From NCBI GenBank assembly GCA_005791875.1, contig SXTU01000205.1, positions 1 to 58,717 on the forward strand: a stretch of DNA of 58,717 nucleotides. Reading direction: 5' to 3'. Positions 43,496 through 55,058 of the stretch are shown piece by piece. The notes beneath the pieces are model-generated. The model saw nothing but the letters and a program-made list of their open reading frames with translations, did not search any database and was not told the DNA's origin. This stretch comes from Verrucomicrobiales bacterium (GTDB lineage Bacteria > Verrucomicrobiota > Verrucomicrobiia > Limisphaerales > SXTU01). Within the stretch, counting starts at the first letter, position 1, and the number at the start of each line of letters is the position of its first letter. Made by a program: the position numbers and the translations under genes.

Positions 43496-46400
43496 ATGTC
43501 TTTGAAACCCTTTTGCAGTGCCGCGCTGCTGGTCGCTCTCCTGCTGGCCACGTTGCCCGCCCGCGCCGCGCTATTCGGTGCGAAGCCCGCCCCGGTGGAC
43601 TTCAACCGCGACATCCGGCCTATCATGTCGGACACGTGCTTCAAGTGCCACGGCTTCGACGAGCAGACGCGCAAGGGCAAGCTCCGCCTCGACGTGCGCG
43701 AAGACGCCCTCAAGGCCGGCACCTCCGGCAAACCCGCCATCGTCCCCGGCAAGCCCGACAAGTCCGAAATCATCGCCCGGCTCTTTACGAAGGATGCCGA
43801 CGACCTCATGCCCCCGCCCAACTCGCACAAGGCCATCACGCCCGCGCAGAAGGAGCTCTTCCGCCGCTGGGTGGCCGAGGGCGCGAAGTATCAGGGGCAC
43901 TGGGCGTTTGAGACCGCAGTGGCCCCGCCGGTGCCGAAGCGGGAAGTAATCAGCAAGACAGTGTTCAGTGTTCAGTCGCCGGGAGCCAAGTCCTCAACTG
44001 ACCTGCTGAAAGCTGGCTCACTAAACACGATTGATTCGTTCCTCGCCGCGAAGCTCGACGCGGAGAAACTCAAGTTCCAGCCCGAAGCCGCTCGCGAAGT
44101 CCTCTTCCGCCGCGTCACGCTCGCGCTCACGGGCCTGCCGCCCACGCTCGCTGAAGTGGACACCTTCCTCGCCGACAAATCTCCGCGCGCTTACGAGCAC
44201 GTCGTGGACCGCCTGCTCGCCTCCCCGCACTTCGGCGAGCGCATGGCCGTTCCGTGGCTCGACCTCGCGCGTCACTCGGACTCGGCGGGTTATCACAACG
44301 ACTCCCTCCGCGAGACGTGGCTCTGGCGCGACTGGGTCGTGCGGGCGTTCAGCGACAACAAGCCCTTCGACAAGTTCACCATCGAGCAACTCGCGGGCGA
44401 CCTCCTGCCGAACGTGACCGTGGACCAGAAAATCGCCAGCGGCTTCATGCGCAACGTGATGACCTCCGACGAGGGCGGCATCATTGATGCCGAGTATCTC
44501 AACATCTACCTCGTGGACCGCGTCAGCACGCTGGGCACGACTTGGTTCGGCATGAGCATCGCCTGCGCGCAGTGCCACGACCACAAATACGACCCCGTCA
44601 CTGCGCGCGACTTCTACAGTCTCTACGCCTTCTTCCACAACGTCCCGGAGAAGGGCAAGGACGGCACGCGCACGCTCAACCCCGAGCCGCGCATGGCCGT
44701 GCCGTCGCCAGAGCAGGAGAAGGAACTCGCCAAGCTGGCCGCGCAAATCACCACCGCCGACGCGCAGGTGAAAGACCGCGAAGGCAAACTCGACGCCGCG
44801 CAAGTCGCCTGGGAAACCAAGGTCGCCACCGATGCGAGCTCCCGCAGCATCGCCGGGCCTTACGACCACTTCCCGCTCAACACCAACGCCCACGGCGTCA
44901 CGCACGACGGCAAGGAAATCGAAGCCACGCTCGCGGGCGAGACGGGTTTCGCCGACGGCGCGGAGGGCAACTCACTTCTCCTCAACGGCAAGGGCCACGC
45001 CGATCTCGGCGCGCGTTACGACTTCGACTCCACCAACAAGTTCAGCGTCGGCCTGTGGGTCCGCACGAGCGCCAAGACCACCGGCGCGCCCATCGGCAAG
45101 ATGGAGAACGGCCCAAACTTCCGGGGCTGGGACATTGAGTTCGCGGCTGGGAAGGCGAGCGTTCACCTCATCCACAAGTGGCCGGAGGAAGTCATCCACG
45201 TGCAGACGGAAAAGGATTTGCCCGCTGACACCTTCCAGCACCTCGCCTTCACCTACGACGGTTCGGGCAAGGCCGCAGGGCTGAAGCTGTTCCTCAACGG
45301 CCAACCCGTCGCGACCAAGGTGCTCAAGGACAAACTCCCCGGCACCATCAAGACCACCGCACCCTTCGCCATCGGGCGGCGCGGCGGCGGCGGCTCGCCC
45401 TTCACCGGGCGTGTGGATGAGCTGCACGTCTTCCCGCGTGCGTTGACCGAGAAGGAAGTTGCCACGCTCGCGGGCGGGCCGACCCTCGCGCTCGCGGTCA
45501 TCGAGAAAGCCAAGCGCACGAAGGAGCAGACCGACAAGCTGCGGAAGTTCTTCCGCGAGACGCAGGCCACCGATTACCTCGCCGCGAAGAAGTCCGCCGA
45601 GGACGCGCGCAAGGCCAAGACCGACTTCGACAAGCTCGTCCCCAGCGTGATGGTCATGGCCGAGATGGAGAAGCCGCGCGACACGTTCATCAAGGTGCGC
45701 GGCGCTTACGACAAGAACGGCGACAAGGTGGAAGCCGCCTTCCCTGCCTTCCTCCCCAAGCCCGCCGCGACTACCTCCACGAACCGCCTCACCCGCCTCG
45801 ACCTCGCGCAGTGGCTCGCCTCGCCGCAGCACCCGCTCACCGCGCGCGTCGCTGTGAACCGCTTCTGGGCGATGCTCTTCGGCACCGGCCTCGTGAAGAC
45901 GGTCAACGACTTCGGTTCGCAGGGCGAGTGGCCGAGCCATCCCGAGTTGCTGAACTGGCTCGCCGCCGACTTCGCGCGCGACTGGGACGTGAAGCGCACG
46001 CTCAAGCAAATGGTGATGAGCCACGCGTTCCGCCAGAGCGCCGCCGTCACGCCCGCGCTGCTCGCGAAGGACAGCGAGAACCGCCTACTCGCCCGTGGCC
46101 CGCGCGGCCGCCTCGACGCCGAGTTCGTCCGCGACAACGCGCTCGCCATCGCCGGCCTGCTGAACCCCAAGCTCGGCGGCAAGCCCGTCTATCCGTATCA
46201 ACCGCCCGGCATCTGGGAAGTGAACGAGATGGCCGGCGGCGGTTGGAAGCACCAGCGCGACGACAACCAATACCGCCGCGCGCTCTACATCTACCACCGC
46301 CGCAGCACGCCCTACCCGAGCCTGCTCACCTTCGACGCGCCCAACCGCGAGGTCTGCGCTGCCGGGCGCCCCCGCACCAGCACGCCGCTCCAGTCACTCG

Positions 46401-46726
46401 TGCTGATGAACGACCCCGTCTATGTCGAAGCCGCCCGCGCCTTCGCCGCCCGCGTGCTGAAGGAAGGCGGAGCCGATGACGCCGCGAAGCTGAACTACGC
46501 CTGGCGACTCGCCCTCGCGCGGAACTTGAGCACCACCGAGCGCGCCGTGCTGGAGAAAACTTTGGCGAAGCAGCGCGAACTCTTCACCGCCGAGAAGCCC
46601 GCCGCCGACCTGCTTCTGAAAGTCGGCGACTTCAAAAACCCCGAAGGCGCAAACGCGACCGAGCTCGCCGCCTGGACCGCCGTGGCCAACGTCCTCCTGA
46701 ACCTGAACGAAACCATCAGCCAGTGA
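43496..46726 (+). CDS. PSD1-type protein (planctomycete cytochrome c domains, DUF1549, LamG, DUF1553)
   Basis: CFKCHG and [11 protein letters not shown] are heme-binding-like motifs. [11 protein letters not shown]...LTGLPPT is DUF1549-like. [16 protein letters not shown] is LamG-like. [36 protein letters not shown] is DUF1553-like. Confidence 0.85.
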   Translation: MSLKPFCSAALLVALLLATLPARAALFGAKPAPVDFNRDIRPIMSDTCFKCHGFDEQTRKGKLRLDVREDALKAGTSGKPAIVPGKPDKSEIIARLFTKDADDLMPPPNSHKAITPAQKELFRRWVAEGAKYQGHWAFETAVAPPVPKREVISKTVFSVQSPGAKSSTDLLKAGSLNTIDSFLAAKLDAEKLKFQPEAAREVLFRRVTLALTGLPPTLAEVDTFLADKSPRAYEHVVDRLLASPHFGERMAVPWLDLARHSDSAGYHNDSLRETWLWRDWVVRAFSDNKPFDKFTIEQLAGDLLPNVTVDQKIASGFMRNVMTSDEGGIIDAEYLNIYLVDRVSTLGTTWFGMSIACAQCHDHKYDPVTARDFYSLYAFFHNVPEKGKDGTRTLNPEPRMAVPSPEQEKELAKLAAQITTADAQVKDREGKLDAAQVAWETKVATDASSRSIAGPYDHFPLNTNAHGVTHDGKEIEATLAGETGFADGAEGNSLLLNGKGHADLGARYDFDSTNKFSVGLWVRTSAKTTGAPIGKMENGPNFRGWDIEFAAGKASVHLIHKWPEEVIHVQTEKDLPADTFQHLAFTYDGSGKAAGLKLFLNGQPVATKVLKDKLPGTIKTTAPFAIGRRGGGGSPFTGRVDELHVFPRALTEKEVATLAGGPTLALAVIEKAKRTKEQTDKLRKFFRETQATDYLAAKKSAEDARKAKTDFDKLVPSVMVMAEMEKPRDTFIKVRGAYDKNGDKVEAAFPAFLPKPAATTSTNRLTRLDLAQWLASPQHPLTARVAVNRFWAMLFGTGLVKTVNDFGSQGEWPSHPELLNWLAADFARDWDVKRTLKQMVMSHAFRQSAAVTPALLAKDSENRLLARGPRGRLDAEFVRDNALAIAGLLNPKLGGKPVYPYQPPGIWEVNEMAGGGWKHQRDDNQYRRALYIYHRRSTPYPSLLTFDAPNREVCAAGRPRTSTPLQSLVLMNDPVYVEAARAFAARVLKEGGADDAAKLNYAWRLALARNLSTTERAVLEKTLAKQRELFTAEKPAADLLLKVGDFKNPEGANATELAAWTAVANVLLNLNETISQ

Positions 46727-46796
46727 AGAGCAGGCGAGAAAATGTGAAAGCGAGCAGGTGGAAAATTGCGCCTGCCATCTGCGAGCCGCGACGCAT

Positions 46797-46930
46797 CGCC
46801 TTCTCCCTTCCTCGGAGGAGGGGAGAAGGTGGCCGCAGGCCCGATGAGGGGTGCAGCCGCTTGCGCAGACCCCCGCAACCCCTCACCCCGGCCCTCTCCC
46901 CTCATCCGATGAAGGGAGAGGGAGAGGACG
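46797..46930. repeat. Second, intergenic copy of the GGGGAGAGGGCCGGGGTGAGGGG palindromic element family
   Basis: The imperfect inverted repeat is tctcccttcctcggaggaggggagaagg ... cccctcaccccggccctctcccctcatccgatgaagggaga. It shares an exact 23-nt core with 6377-6399. Confidence 0.7.
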
Positions 46931-46982
46931 CCTTCTCACTACCCCGCTTTCTCGCTCTCACACCTGCATCTTCAATTTCCCT

Positions 46983-48419
46983 ATGACCACCGCCCAACTC
47001 CTCACCCGCCGCGCTTTCCTCCAGCGCAACTCCACTGGCCTCGGCGCGCTCGCCCTCGCGTCTCTCCTGAAGCCCGAGGCCTTCGCCGCGCTCCCCGGCA
47101 GCGGCCCCGCTGTGCCCGGCCTGCTCAAGCGCCTCCACCACGAGCCGAAGGCCAAGCGCGTCATCTACCTCTTCCAGTCCGGCGCGCCCTCGCACCTCGA
47201 CCTCTACGACCCCAAGCCCAAGCTCGTCGAGATGACCGGCAAGGACTTGCCCGAGTCCATTCGCCAAGGCCAGCGCATCACCGGCATGACCAGCGGGCAG
47301 AAGAACCATTTCTGCGTCGGCTCGCCCTTTAAGTTCACCAAGCACGGCCAGTGCGGCACGGAATTCAGCGAGGTCATTCCCCACATCGGTGGCATTGCGG
47401 ACGAAGTGGTCGCCATCCGCTCGATGTTCACCGAGGCCATCAACCACGACCCCGCTGTGACCTTCTTCGGCACCGGCCACCAGCAGCCCGGTCGCCCCAC
47501 GATGGGCGCGTGGGCCAGCTACGGCCTCGGCAGCGAAAACTCCGACCTCCCCGGCTACATCTGTCTGCAATCCGGCGGCGGCGGCCAGCCGTTGCAATCC
47601 CGCTACTGGGGCCCGGGCTTCCTCCCCGCGCAGCACGGTGCCGTCACGTTCCGGGGCGCGGGCGACGCCGTGCTGTATCTCTCGAATCCGCCCGGTATCA
47701 GCTCCGCCGCACGCCGCTCGACCATTGACGCGATGAACGAGCTGAACCGCCTTCAGCTCGGCGCGCTCGGCGACCCCGCCATCGCCGCGCAAATCGCGAA
47801 CTACGAGCTCGCCTTCAGCATGCAGACCAGCGTGCCGGAGCTGATGGACCTCTCGAAGGAACCCGACTCCACCTTCGAGTCCTACGGCGCGAAGAAGGGC
47901 GCGCCGAGCTTCGCCGCGAACTGCATCCTCGCCCGCCGCCTCGCTGAACGCGGCGCGCGCTTCATCCAGTTGAACCACCGCGACTGGGACCATCACGGCG
48001 GCCTGCCCGGCGCGCTGCCCAACAAGGCGAAGGAAGTTGACCAAGCCGCCGCCGCGCTCGTGAAGGACCTAAAACAACGCGGCCTGCTCAAGGACACCAT
48101 CGTCATTTGGGGCGGCGAGTTTGGCCGCACCGCCTACAGCCAGGGCGAAATCAAGAAGGACAGTTTCGGTCGCGACCACCACCCGCGCTGCTTCACCATC
48201 TGGGCGGCGGGCGGCGGCTTCAAGCCCGGCGCAGTCCACGGCGCGACTGATGACTTTGGCTACAACATCACCAAGGACCCCGTGAGCGTGCATGACTTCC
48301 ACGCCACGCTCCTGCACCTCCTCGGCGTGGACCACCTCAAGCTCACCCACCGCCATGAGGGCCGTGACTACCGCCTCACGGACATTCATGGCGAGTTGGT
48401 GAAGGGGATACTCGCCTGA
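46983..48419 (+). CDS. DUF1501 (sulfatase-fold) protein, partner of the upstream PSD1 gene
   Basis: Tat signal TRRAFLQRNSTGLGALALA. VIYLFQSGAPSHLDLYDPKP, IWGGEFGRT and GRDHHP are family motifs. Confidence 0.85.
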   Translation: MTTAQLLTRRAFLQRNSTGLGALALASLLKPEAFAALPGSGPAVPGLLKRLHHEPKAKRVIYLFQSGAPSHLDLYDPKPKLVEMTGKDLPESIRQGQRITGMTSGQKNHFCVGSPFKFTKHGQCGTEFSEVIPHIGGIADEVVAIRSMFTEAINHDPAVTFFGTGHQQPGRPTMGAWASYGLGSENSDLPGYICLQSGGGGQPLQSRYWGPGFLPAQHGAVTFRGAGDAVLYLSNPPGISSAARRSTIDAMNELNRLQLGALGDPAIAAQIANYELAFSMQTSVPELMDLSKEPDSTFESYGAKKGAPSFAANCILARRLAERGARFIQLNHRDWDHHGGLPGALPNKAKEVDQAAAALVKDLKQRGLLKDTIVIWGGEFGRTAYSQGEIKKDSFGRDHHPRCFTIWAAGGGFKPGAVHGATDDFGYNITKDPVSVHDFHATLLHLLGVDHLKLTHRHEGRDYRLTDIHGELVKGILA

Positions 48420-48540
48420 TTCGCCGGGCTGCCAAGCGCGGCATCCATTTCACATTCGCTGACGCTTGCATTCCAACTGACAGCAGCCCAATGTTCCCGT
48501 CGCTTTCGACCCGACGCGCCAAAGTGTCGCCGCTTTTTTC

Positions 48541-50073
48541 ATGAGCCAACCGCCCGAGACCGAGATGGATTTGGAACTGCAACTGTTGCCCGCGTGGGCC
48601 AGGCAGTCCACCGACACAAACCGCTACGCCCACATCCGTGGCGACGAGGGCGCTCCGCCTGAGCGCGGTGACCGCCGCTCCGGCCCTCCCCGTGGCGCGC
48701 GTCCCGGCGGGCCTCGCCCCGGTGGTCCCGGTGGCCCCCGCCCCGGCGGACCGCGTCGTGATGGACCCGGTGGCCCTCGCTCCGGCGGCGACCGTTCCTT
48801 CGGTGGCCGTCGCGATGACCGCCGCGACGAGCCGCGCCGCGAAGCCCCCGCCCCGCTGCCCGACTTCGACGTGAGCCTCATGCCCGAGGACAAGGGCGTC
48901 GAGGGCCTCGCGCGCCAGATCAAGCTCACCGGCCGCGCCTATCCCATTTTCGACATCGCGCACCTGATCCTCAAGAAGCCCGACCGTTTCACCATCACGT
49001 TCTCGGTTATCAAGCAGGGCGACAGCGTCGCGGCCCCGCTCTTTCTTTGCAGCCTCGACGACACGCTCTGGCTCTCGGAGGCCGATGTGACGGCGCATTT
49101 GCTCCAGCGCCACTTCAACACCTTCTACTCGACCGAGAAGATCGCCGGCGAGGCACCCAAGGGCACCTACACCTTCGTCGCACAGTGCGGCATGAGCGGC
49201 CTCATCCTCGGCCCGCCGAACTACCACGACTACCAGACCAAGCTTCACAAGCTCCACGCCGAGCGCTTTGCCCGGATGCCCTTCGAGATGTTCAAGTCGC
49301 GCGTCAAGATCGTCCGCGACGAGGCCGTCGTGAAGCAGTGGGTCGAGGATTCCAGCGTCAAGACCGAGTTCACCGCGCTCAACGTCCCCGAGCCGCTCAA
49401 GTTCAACACGCGAGCCGAGGTCGAGGCGCACTTCAAGGCCACGCACCTGCCCAACCTCATCAAGTCCGTCCAGTCCCACCGGCTGCTCGGCGCGAACGTC
49501 GGCCAGTCCTCGCCCGTCATCCGCCGCATCTTCAGCCTCGTCGTCGAGGACCAGGTGCGCTTCCCGCTCAAGCTGGTCAACACGCTCTGCACGCAGATGA
49601 GCGCGTTGGGACTCCAGTTCTTCAAGGTCAACAAGACCATCACGCACGTCAGCGTTGCGCGCCCGACCTACCTCGACATGGAGGCCACGCCCGTCTCGCC
49701 GAACTTGCGCCGCCTCATCGAGTGCATCAACGCCACGCCCAAGTGCACCCGGCGCAAAGTCCTCGAGATCCTCGCCCCGGCGCCCACGGTCATCACCATC
49801 CCGGTGCCGGTCGAAGGCCAGCCGGCGACACCCGCGACCGCGCCGGAAGCGACCGCCGAGCAATCCGCCATCAACAGCGACCTGCACTGGCTCATCCATC
49901 AGGGCCACGTCATCGAGTTTGCCAACGGCCTCCTCGAGACCGCAAAGAAGCCGCTGCCCCGGCCAGCCCCCGCGCCCCGGCCCGAAGCCGCGCCGCGACC
50001 TGAGCGCGCTCCCCGTGCTGAACGCCGCTATCTGCCCGTCTTCCTAGGCGTTCCAACGCTTGTGGGGATTTGA
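48541..50073 (+). CDS. Hypothetical protein with an Arg/Gly/Pro-rich disordered N-terminal region and a conserved-looking globular C-terminal part
   Basis: Residues 40-110 or so are RGG/PGG repeats (GARPGGPRPGGPGGPRPGGPRRDGPGGPRSGG). The rest has normal composition and coding bias. No motif was recognised. Confidence 0.6.
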   Translation: MSQPPETEMDLELQLLPAWARQSTDTNRYAHIRGDEGAPPERGDRRSGPPRGARPGGPRPGGPGGPRPGGPRRDGPGGPRSGGDRSFGGRRDDRRDEPRREAPAPLPDFDVSLMPEDKGVEGLARQIKLTGRAYPIFDIAHLILKKPDRFTITFSVIKQGDSVAAPLFLCSLDDTLWLSEADVTAHLLQRHFNTFYSTEKIAGEAPKGTYTFVAQCGMSGLILGPPNYHDYQTKLHKLHAERFARMPFEMFKSRVKIVRDEAVVKQWVEDSSVKTEFTALNVPEPLKFNTRAEVEAHFKATHLPNLIKSVQSHRLLGANVGQSSPVIRRIFSLVVEDQVRFPLKLVNTLCTQMSALGLQFFKVNKTITHVSVARPTYLDMEATPVSPNLRRLIECINATPKCTRRKVLEILAPAPTVITIPVPVEGQPATPATAPEATAEQSAINSDLHWLIHQGHVIEFANGLLETAKKPLPRPAPAPRPEAAPRPERAPRAERRYLPVFLGVPTLVGI

Positions 50074-50267
50074 CCTGTGCCTCCGGGCCGGAGAACCGGC
50101 TTCGCCCGCTCCACGCGCGCCGGGACAGTCCAGATGGCCGCGCCCAACTCGACCCACTTCAGGCATCAAGTTTTAGACTTTTGTTCCGTGCAGGGCTGTG
50201 GCATATGGACGGTCAGCTTTTCTGCCGCAGCCGATGCTGTGGCGGTGGCCGGGTTGGTTCCCGAGTT

Positions 50268-51767
50268 ATGAGTGTCTCGTCCGTGGTTGTCTGCGCCTTG
50301 ATCGGCTTTCTGGTGTCCTGGGGTCTGATCCCCGTGATCCTGAATGTTTTCCGTCGTGCGGGTGGCGCAAACCGCGACAAGTGCTTCCACCAAAGCGCCA
50401 AAAGCCAGGTCCCGCGCTTTGGAGGCGTCGCGCTGGCGGCGGGCTTCGCGGCGGTGGTCCTGGCCGCCGCGTATCTCTCAGGCAATGAGGTGACGCGCGA
50501 GTTGCTGACGGTGGTGTTCGGCGCGCTGGCGATGTTCGGGTTGGGCATGCTGGACGACCTGCATCCCATCGGTGCCAGGCTAAAGCTGCTGGGACAAATC
50601 GCCATAGCAGCCGTTGTGGCGCTGGGCGGCTCGAGCATCGAGATGGTGACCAATCCGTTCACGGGCACAGGCTACTCCCTCGGTGGGTGGAGCGTGGTGG
50701 CCACCGTGCTCTGGCTTGTGGCGCTGACCAACCTGATCAACATCATAGATGGGATTGACGGCCTGGCGGGAGGCATCAGCCTCATGTTGATGGTGCTGCT
50801 GGTGCACGCCAGCCTGGGCAGCTCCCCCTTCCTCCTGTTGCTGGTGGTCGGAATGATCGGGGCGCTGGTGGGCTTCCTCTATTTCAATTTCCCCCCGGCG
50901 CGCATCTACATGGGCGACGGCGGGGCATACTTCCTCGGATTCCTGATCGGCGGGCTGACACTGGTGACGGCGCAGAAAGGCACCGTGGCGGCGGCCTTGG
51001 TGGCCCCGGTGTTCGCCCTGGCGCTGCCCATCATCGACGTCGCCCTTGCGATCGTGCGGCGCGGATTAAAGGGCCTGCCCGTGTTCCGCCCCGACCGGCG
51101 CCACATCCATCACCGGCTGGTCGAGTTCGGTTTCTCGCACCGCCGCACGCTGCTGACCTTATATGTGCTCTCCGCCCTGTTTCTGCTGATGGCCTTTGGC
51201 GTCTTCTGGTCGCAAGGCCGTCTGGTGCCGCTGTTCCTGGGCCTTTCCTTCCTCGTCGTCATCTATATCGTCCACTCATTCGGACTGGTTTCCTCCAAGT
51301 ATTCCATCCGCACGTTCTGGAGCGACTTGCAGAGCATCCGCCGTGAAACCCGCTACACGATGCTTCTGGCCCAGTGCCTAGAGATGGAAGCCGAGCGCTG
51401 CCGGTCGCCCGAGGAGCTCTGGAAGAACTTCGTCGTCTTCGCCAACAAGCTCGAACTGGCCGAGGTCAAACTCTTCCTGCGGGACGGCCAGCTTGCGTGG
51501 CAGGCTTCCGGCCGCGAGGCCGCCACGGATGACCTGGACCTCAAGCATCACGATTTCCACGGTTCCGCGATCACGGGCATCGAGGTGGCTGTCCGCAAAG
51601 GCGGCATGAGCCCGAAACTCTTCGAGATGAAATCCGAGCTGGTCGCAGAAGCCTGGTTCAAGGCCGCCACACGCTGGCGCGCGACAAACCACGCCGAGAT
51701 CGAGCTGGCCCCGGACACCAAGCGGCTGGTGGCTGTCCGCCCCGTGATAGCCCGGGTGCCGGCGTAG
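50268..51767 (+). CDS. MraY/WecA-family polyprenyl-phosphate N-acetylhexosamine-1-phosphate transferase with a ~150-aa C-terminal cytoplasmic extension
   Basis: NLINIIDGIDGLAGG and MGDGGAYFLGF are family GT4 (MraY/WecA) motifs. About 10 TM helices. The soluble tail has no recognised motif. Confidence 0.8.
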   Translation: MSVSSVVVCALIGFLVSWGLIPVILNVFRRAGGANRDKCFHQSAKSQVPRFGGVALAAGFAAVVLAAAYLSGNEVTRELLTVVFGALAMFGLGMLDDLHPIGARLKLLGQIAIAAVVALGGSSIEMVTNPFTGTGYSLGGWSVVATVLWLVALTNLINIIDGIDGLAGGISLMLMVLLVHASLGSSPFLLLLVVGMIGALVGFLYFNFPPARIYMGDGGAYFLGFLIGGLTLVTAQKGTVAAALVAPVFALALPIIDVALAIVRRGLKGLPVFRPDRRHIHHRLVEFGFSHRRTLLTLYVLSALFLLMAFGVFWSQGRLVPLFLGLSFLVVIYIVHSFGLVSSKYSIRTFWSDLQSIRRETRYTMLLAQCLEMEAERCRSPEELWKNFVVFANKLELAEVKLFLRDGQLAWQASGREAATDDLDLKHHDFHGSAITGIEVAVRKGGMSPKLFEMKSELVAEAWFKAATRWRATNHAEIELAPDTKRLVAVRPVIARVPA

Positions 51768-51836
51768 GCTGAATCAACGACCTTGCGCCGGCTTCAACGC
51801 CGCGTCGTCCAAGTCGAGCCGGTAGAGGATCTGGTT

Positions 51837-53141
51837 TTAGTCGTGACGCGGCGTGGGCGTGGGCTTGTTCGCGAACTGCACCGTGTAGGTGCCCTCGAAG
51901 AAAAGGTGCGGCGAACCCTCCGGCGTGAACTCGATGTGCAGGCGCGGGTTGTAAAACGTGTAGTTGTCGTGGCTCAACACCTTCACCGCCGTGCCCCACG
52001 GCCCGGTCGGCGCGTCCGCCTCCGCATACCACAGCTCGTCGAAGACTGACGGCTTGCCGAAGGACTGCATGAACACCGTCACCCACCGCTTGCGCCACGG
52101 ATGCCACGCGATGGACCCGCTGTGCGGCTTCACTGTCTCGCCACCCGCGCCGCGCAGGCTCGCCTGCGGCGTGAGCACTTCCCAAGTCATCGCGTTCTGC
52201 CACGCCTCGAACGTCGCCGGGCAGCGCAGCGTGGGCAGCGGGTTGCCGAAGAGCGCCCACTCCTTGCCCGCCGTGTCCTTCCACAACACGGGATGGCCTT
52301 CTGGGACCGGCGGCGCTTTCGGCGCGGCGGCGGACTTCGTCCAGACCGGCCTCAGCTTTTCGAAAAGGTTCTTCTCCTCGCTCCACAGCGCGAGGCTCCA
52401 TTCGTAGGCTTCGAGCGGCGGTTTGATTTTCATGTAGGCGCACACGAGGCGTGATGTGCCTGCCTGGTCGGGAAGGCTCATCACGCCTGTCACCCACGTA
52501 GGCCCCTTGCCAGGCATCGGAGCGATGCTGCGCGGCGCGCCGGTTGCGTTCGTGAAGTAATCGAGCTGCAAACGCAGCGGCGGCCGGAGTGCCACTGGGG
52601 GCTGCACCGCCGTCGTCGCGCCCGTGCCGTCGAAGATGCCGAGGGGATAGCGCGCCAGCGTGGTGTCGCCCCAGAACCACTAGAGCCGGCCGCGATGCAC
52701 CGCGTTCTGCACGCTGTCCTGCCCGATAAGGCCCGGCTCCCGCCAGCCAGCTTCCAGCCCGAGCTTCTGGCTCTCGGCGAACAACCCCTCGCCCGTCAGC
52801 CGCCCGACAAGCTGGGCGATGATGGTCCGCCGCACCTCGACGCGCAGCGTCTTGCCTGGCTCGGGCTTCAAGCGCACGCCACGGATGCCGAAGCCATCCG
52901 CCTTCACCTCGTAGCCGTGGCCCTGAACCACAAACCACGTCTCGCGGCCCATGAGCTCTGGCAGGTCGAAGGCGATCCTCCCCGCATTGTCCGACACGAA
53001 TCTCGCGTGATGCGTCGTGCGCAGCTCCACCAGCGGCACCGGCCAGCCCGTGCGCTCCTCGACGATCTCGATGCGGCATGGCTCGACGGCGCGCGACGTG
53101 ACCGCCAGGGCCAGGAACAGAAAGTAGTTCGAAAGTTTCAC
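51837..53141 (-). pseudogene. Secreted protein (N-terminal carboxypeptidase-regulatory-like beta-sandwich plus C-terminal domain) interrupted by an in-frame TAG
   Basis: ORFs 52680-53141 and 51837-52607 share one frame. They are joined as ...VHRGRL*WFWGDTTLARYPLG..., with the TAG at 52680-52682. Signal peptide MKLSNYFLFLALAVTSRA. Confidence 0.6.
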
Positions 53142-53200
53142 GGCGCGCAGCGTGGCGGAAAGCGAAATGCCGCGCCAGCCGGGCCGGCATTGGGAAAGGT

Positions 53201-54772
53201 CTACTTCGCCTCCTGCTTCTTCTTCTTCGCGCCCGGCTCGCCCTTCGGCGCGTTCGGACGGATGATCGTCTCGGGCGCGTCGGGGTCAGGCACCTTCAGA
53301 TCCTTGCGCAGACGCGTCAGCTCGGTGTGCAACTCGGCGCGCGTCTTCGCGTAGGCGGGGTCTTCGTAGAAGCTCTTCATCTCCTGCGGGTCTTTCTCCC
53401 GGTCGAACAGCTCCCAGTAGTTCACGTCCGGCTCGTAGAAGTGGACCAGCTTGTAGCGGTCAGTGATGACGGCGTAGTGCTTGCGGACGCTGTGCGGGCC
53501 GGGGAACTCGTAATAGTGATAGTAAAAGCTCTTGCGCCAGTCGGCGGGCGTCTGGCCGCGCAGGACGGGCAGCAGGCTGCGGCCCTGAATGTCCGCTGGG
53601 ATTGGCTGGCCGGCGGCTTCGAGAAAGGTGCTGGCGAAGTCGAGGTTGCTGACGATGTCGCGGTTCACGCTGCCGGGCTTGGTCACCCCAGGCCAGCGCG
53701 CGAGCAGCGGCGTGCGGAGGGATTCCTCGTAGAACCACCGCTTGTCGAACCACCCATGTTCGCCGAGGTAGAAGCCCTGGTCGCTGCTGTAAACGACGAT
53801 GGTGTCCTTCGCCAGCCCCTCGTCATCGAGGAACTTCAGCAGCCGCCCGACGCTCTCGTCCACGCTGAGGATGCAGGCGAGGTAATCGTGCATGTAGCGC
53901 TGGTAGCGCCAGCGGATGAGGTCCTTGCCGGTGAGATTGGCCTTCTCGAACTCAGCATTGCGCGGTTCGTAGTAGGCGTTCCAAGTCTTGCGCTGCTCTT
54001 CGTTGAGGCTGCCGGGCACGGTGAGCTTGGCGTCGAGCTTGGTGAAGGTCTTCTCCAACGTCATGTCCTGCTCGTATTCGGCGCGACCACGGCCGGTGTA
54101 ATTGTCGAAGAGCGTGGGCGGCTCGGCGAATTTCTGGTCCTTGTTCCAGCCGAGGTGTTTCAAGTTCGGCGACCACTCGCGATGCGGGGCCTTGTGCTGC
54201 GCCATCATCAGGAACGGCTTGGACTTGTCGCGCTTCTTGAGCCAGTCGAGCGAGAGGTCGGTGATGAGGTCGGTGGTGTAGCCGGTGTGCTTCACCTGCT
54301 GGCCCATGCGGTTCATGGGCGGGTTGTAGTAAACGCCCTGGCCGGGGAGAATTTCCCAGTAGTCGAAGCCGAGGCTCGACGGCTCCGCGCCGGTGAGGTG
54401 CCACTTGCCGACGATGGCGGTCTGGTAACCGGCGGCCTTGAGGAGCCGGGGGAAGGTCTGCTGCGTGCCGTCGAACTTGCTGTTCGAGTTATTGTAAAAG
54501 CCGTTCAGGTGATTGTATTTCCCAGTCATCACTGTGGCGCGGCTGGGACCGCAGATGGAGTTGGGCACCATTGCGCGGTGGAAAATCATCCCCTCCTTCG
54601 CGAGCCGGTCAATATTCGGCGTCTGCACGAGCTTGATGGAATGCTGGTAGGCGCTGATCGCCTGATACGCGTGGTCGTCGCTGAAGATGAAGAGGATGTT
54701 CGGCTGCTTCGGCGCGGCGAAACCATTGAAGGCCGCGAGGACGAGGGCGATGGAGAGGAATAGGCGTTTCAT
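53201..54772 (-). CDS. Formylglycine-dependent sulfatase
   Basis: Signal peptide [30 protein letters not shown] and [14 protein letters not shown] (CxPxR formylglycine motif), then GKWHL. Confidence 0.9.
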   Translation of the reverse strand: MKRLFLSIALVLAAFNGFAAPKQPNILFIFSDDHAYQAISAYQHSIKLVQTPNIDRLAKEGMIFHRAMVPNSICGPSRATVMTGKYNHLNGFYNNSNSKFDGTQQTFPRLLKAAGYQTAIVGKWHLTGAEPSSLGFDYWEILPGQGVYYNPPMNRMGQQVKHTGYTTDLITDLSLDWLKKRDKSKPFLMMAQHKAPHREWSPNLKHLGWNKDQKFAEPPTLFDNYTGRGRAEYEQDMTLEKTFTKLDAKLTVPGSLNEEQRKTWNAYYEPRNAEFEKANLTGKDLIRWRYQRYMHDYLACILSVDESVGRLLKFLDDEGLAKDTIVVYSSDQGFYLGEHGWFDKRWFYEESLRTPLLARWPGVTKPGSVNRDIVSNLDFASTFLEAAGQPIPADIQGRSLLPVLRGQTPADWRKSFYYHYYEFPGPHSVRKHYAVITDRYKLVHFYEPDVNYWELFDREKDPQEMKSFYEDPAYAKTRAELHTELTRLRKDLKVPDPDAPETIIRPNAPKGEPGAKKKKQEAK

Positions 54773-54824
54773 GTTGGCTGGTCGAAGGAAAACAATAGTG
54801 TGAGCGAACTGCGACGGGCAACGG

Positions 54825-55058
54825 TCAGCGTGCCGGCTTTGCCGAACCGCCCCGGCGGATCTCCAGCTTGGTGATGTGATCGGCGTCCACAATGTGCTTG
54901 CCGCCCTTACGGTCCACCACGATGACCGTCTCGCCAATCGGCGGGATCAACATGAAGTCCGGGTGCGGCACATGGATCGCGTCGCCATCCGTGGTGCGAA
55001 CCGTGTAGGGACGGAAGGGCGTCGTGCGGTTGATGTCGTGGAGTTTGTTCATGTTCAT
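54825..55058 (-). CDS. Small hypothetical protein
   Basis: A 77-aa ORF starting at ATG 55058 ([26 protein letters not shown]...). Codon bias is coding-like. No motif was recognised. Confidence 0.45.
   Translation of the reverse strand: MNMNKLHDINRTTPFRPYTVRTTDGDAIHVPHPDFMLIPPIGETVIVVDRKGGKHIVDADHITKLEIRRGGSAKPAR

Noticed and set aside
48640-48860. Nucleotide-level repeat element in the GC-rich stretch of the 510-aa ORF
   Set aside because: The repetition follows the codon periodicity of a Pro/Gly/Arg low-complexity protein segment within one open frame. There is no inverted-repeat structure or extra copies elsewhere in the window.
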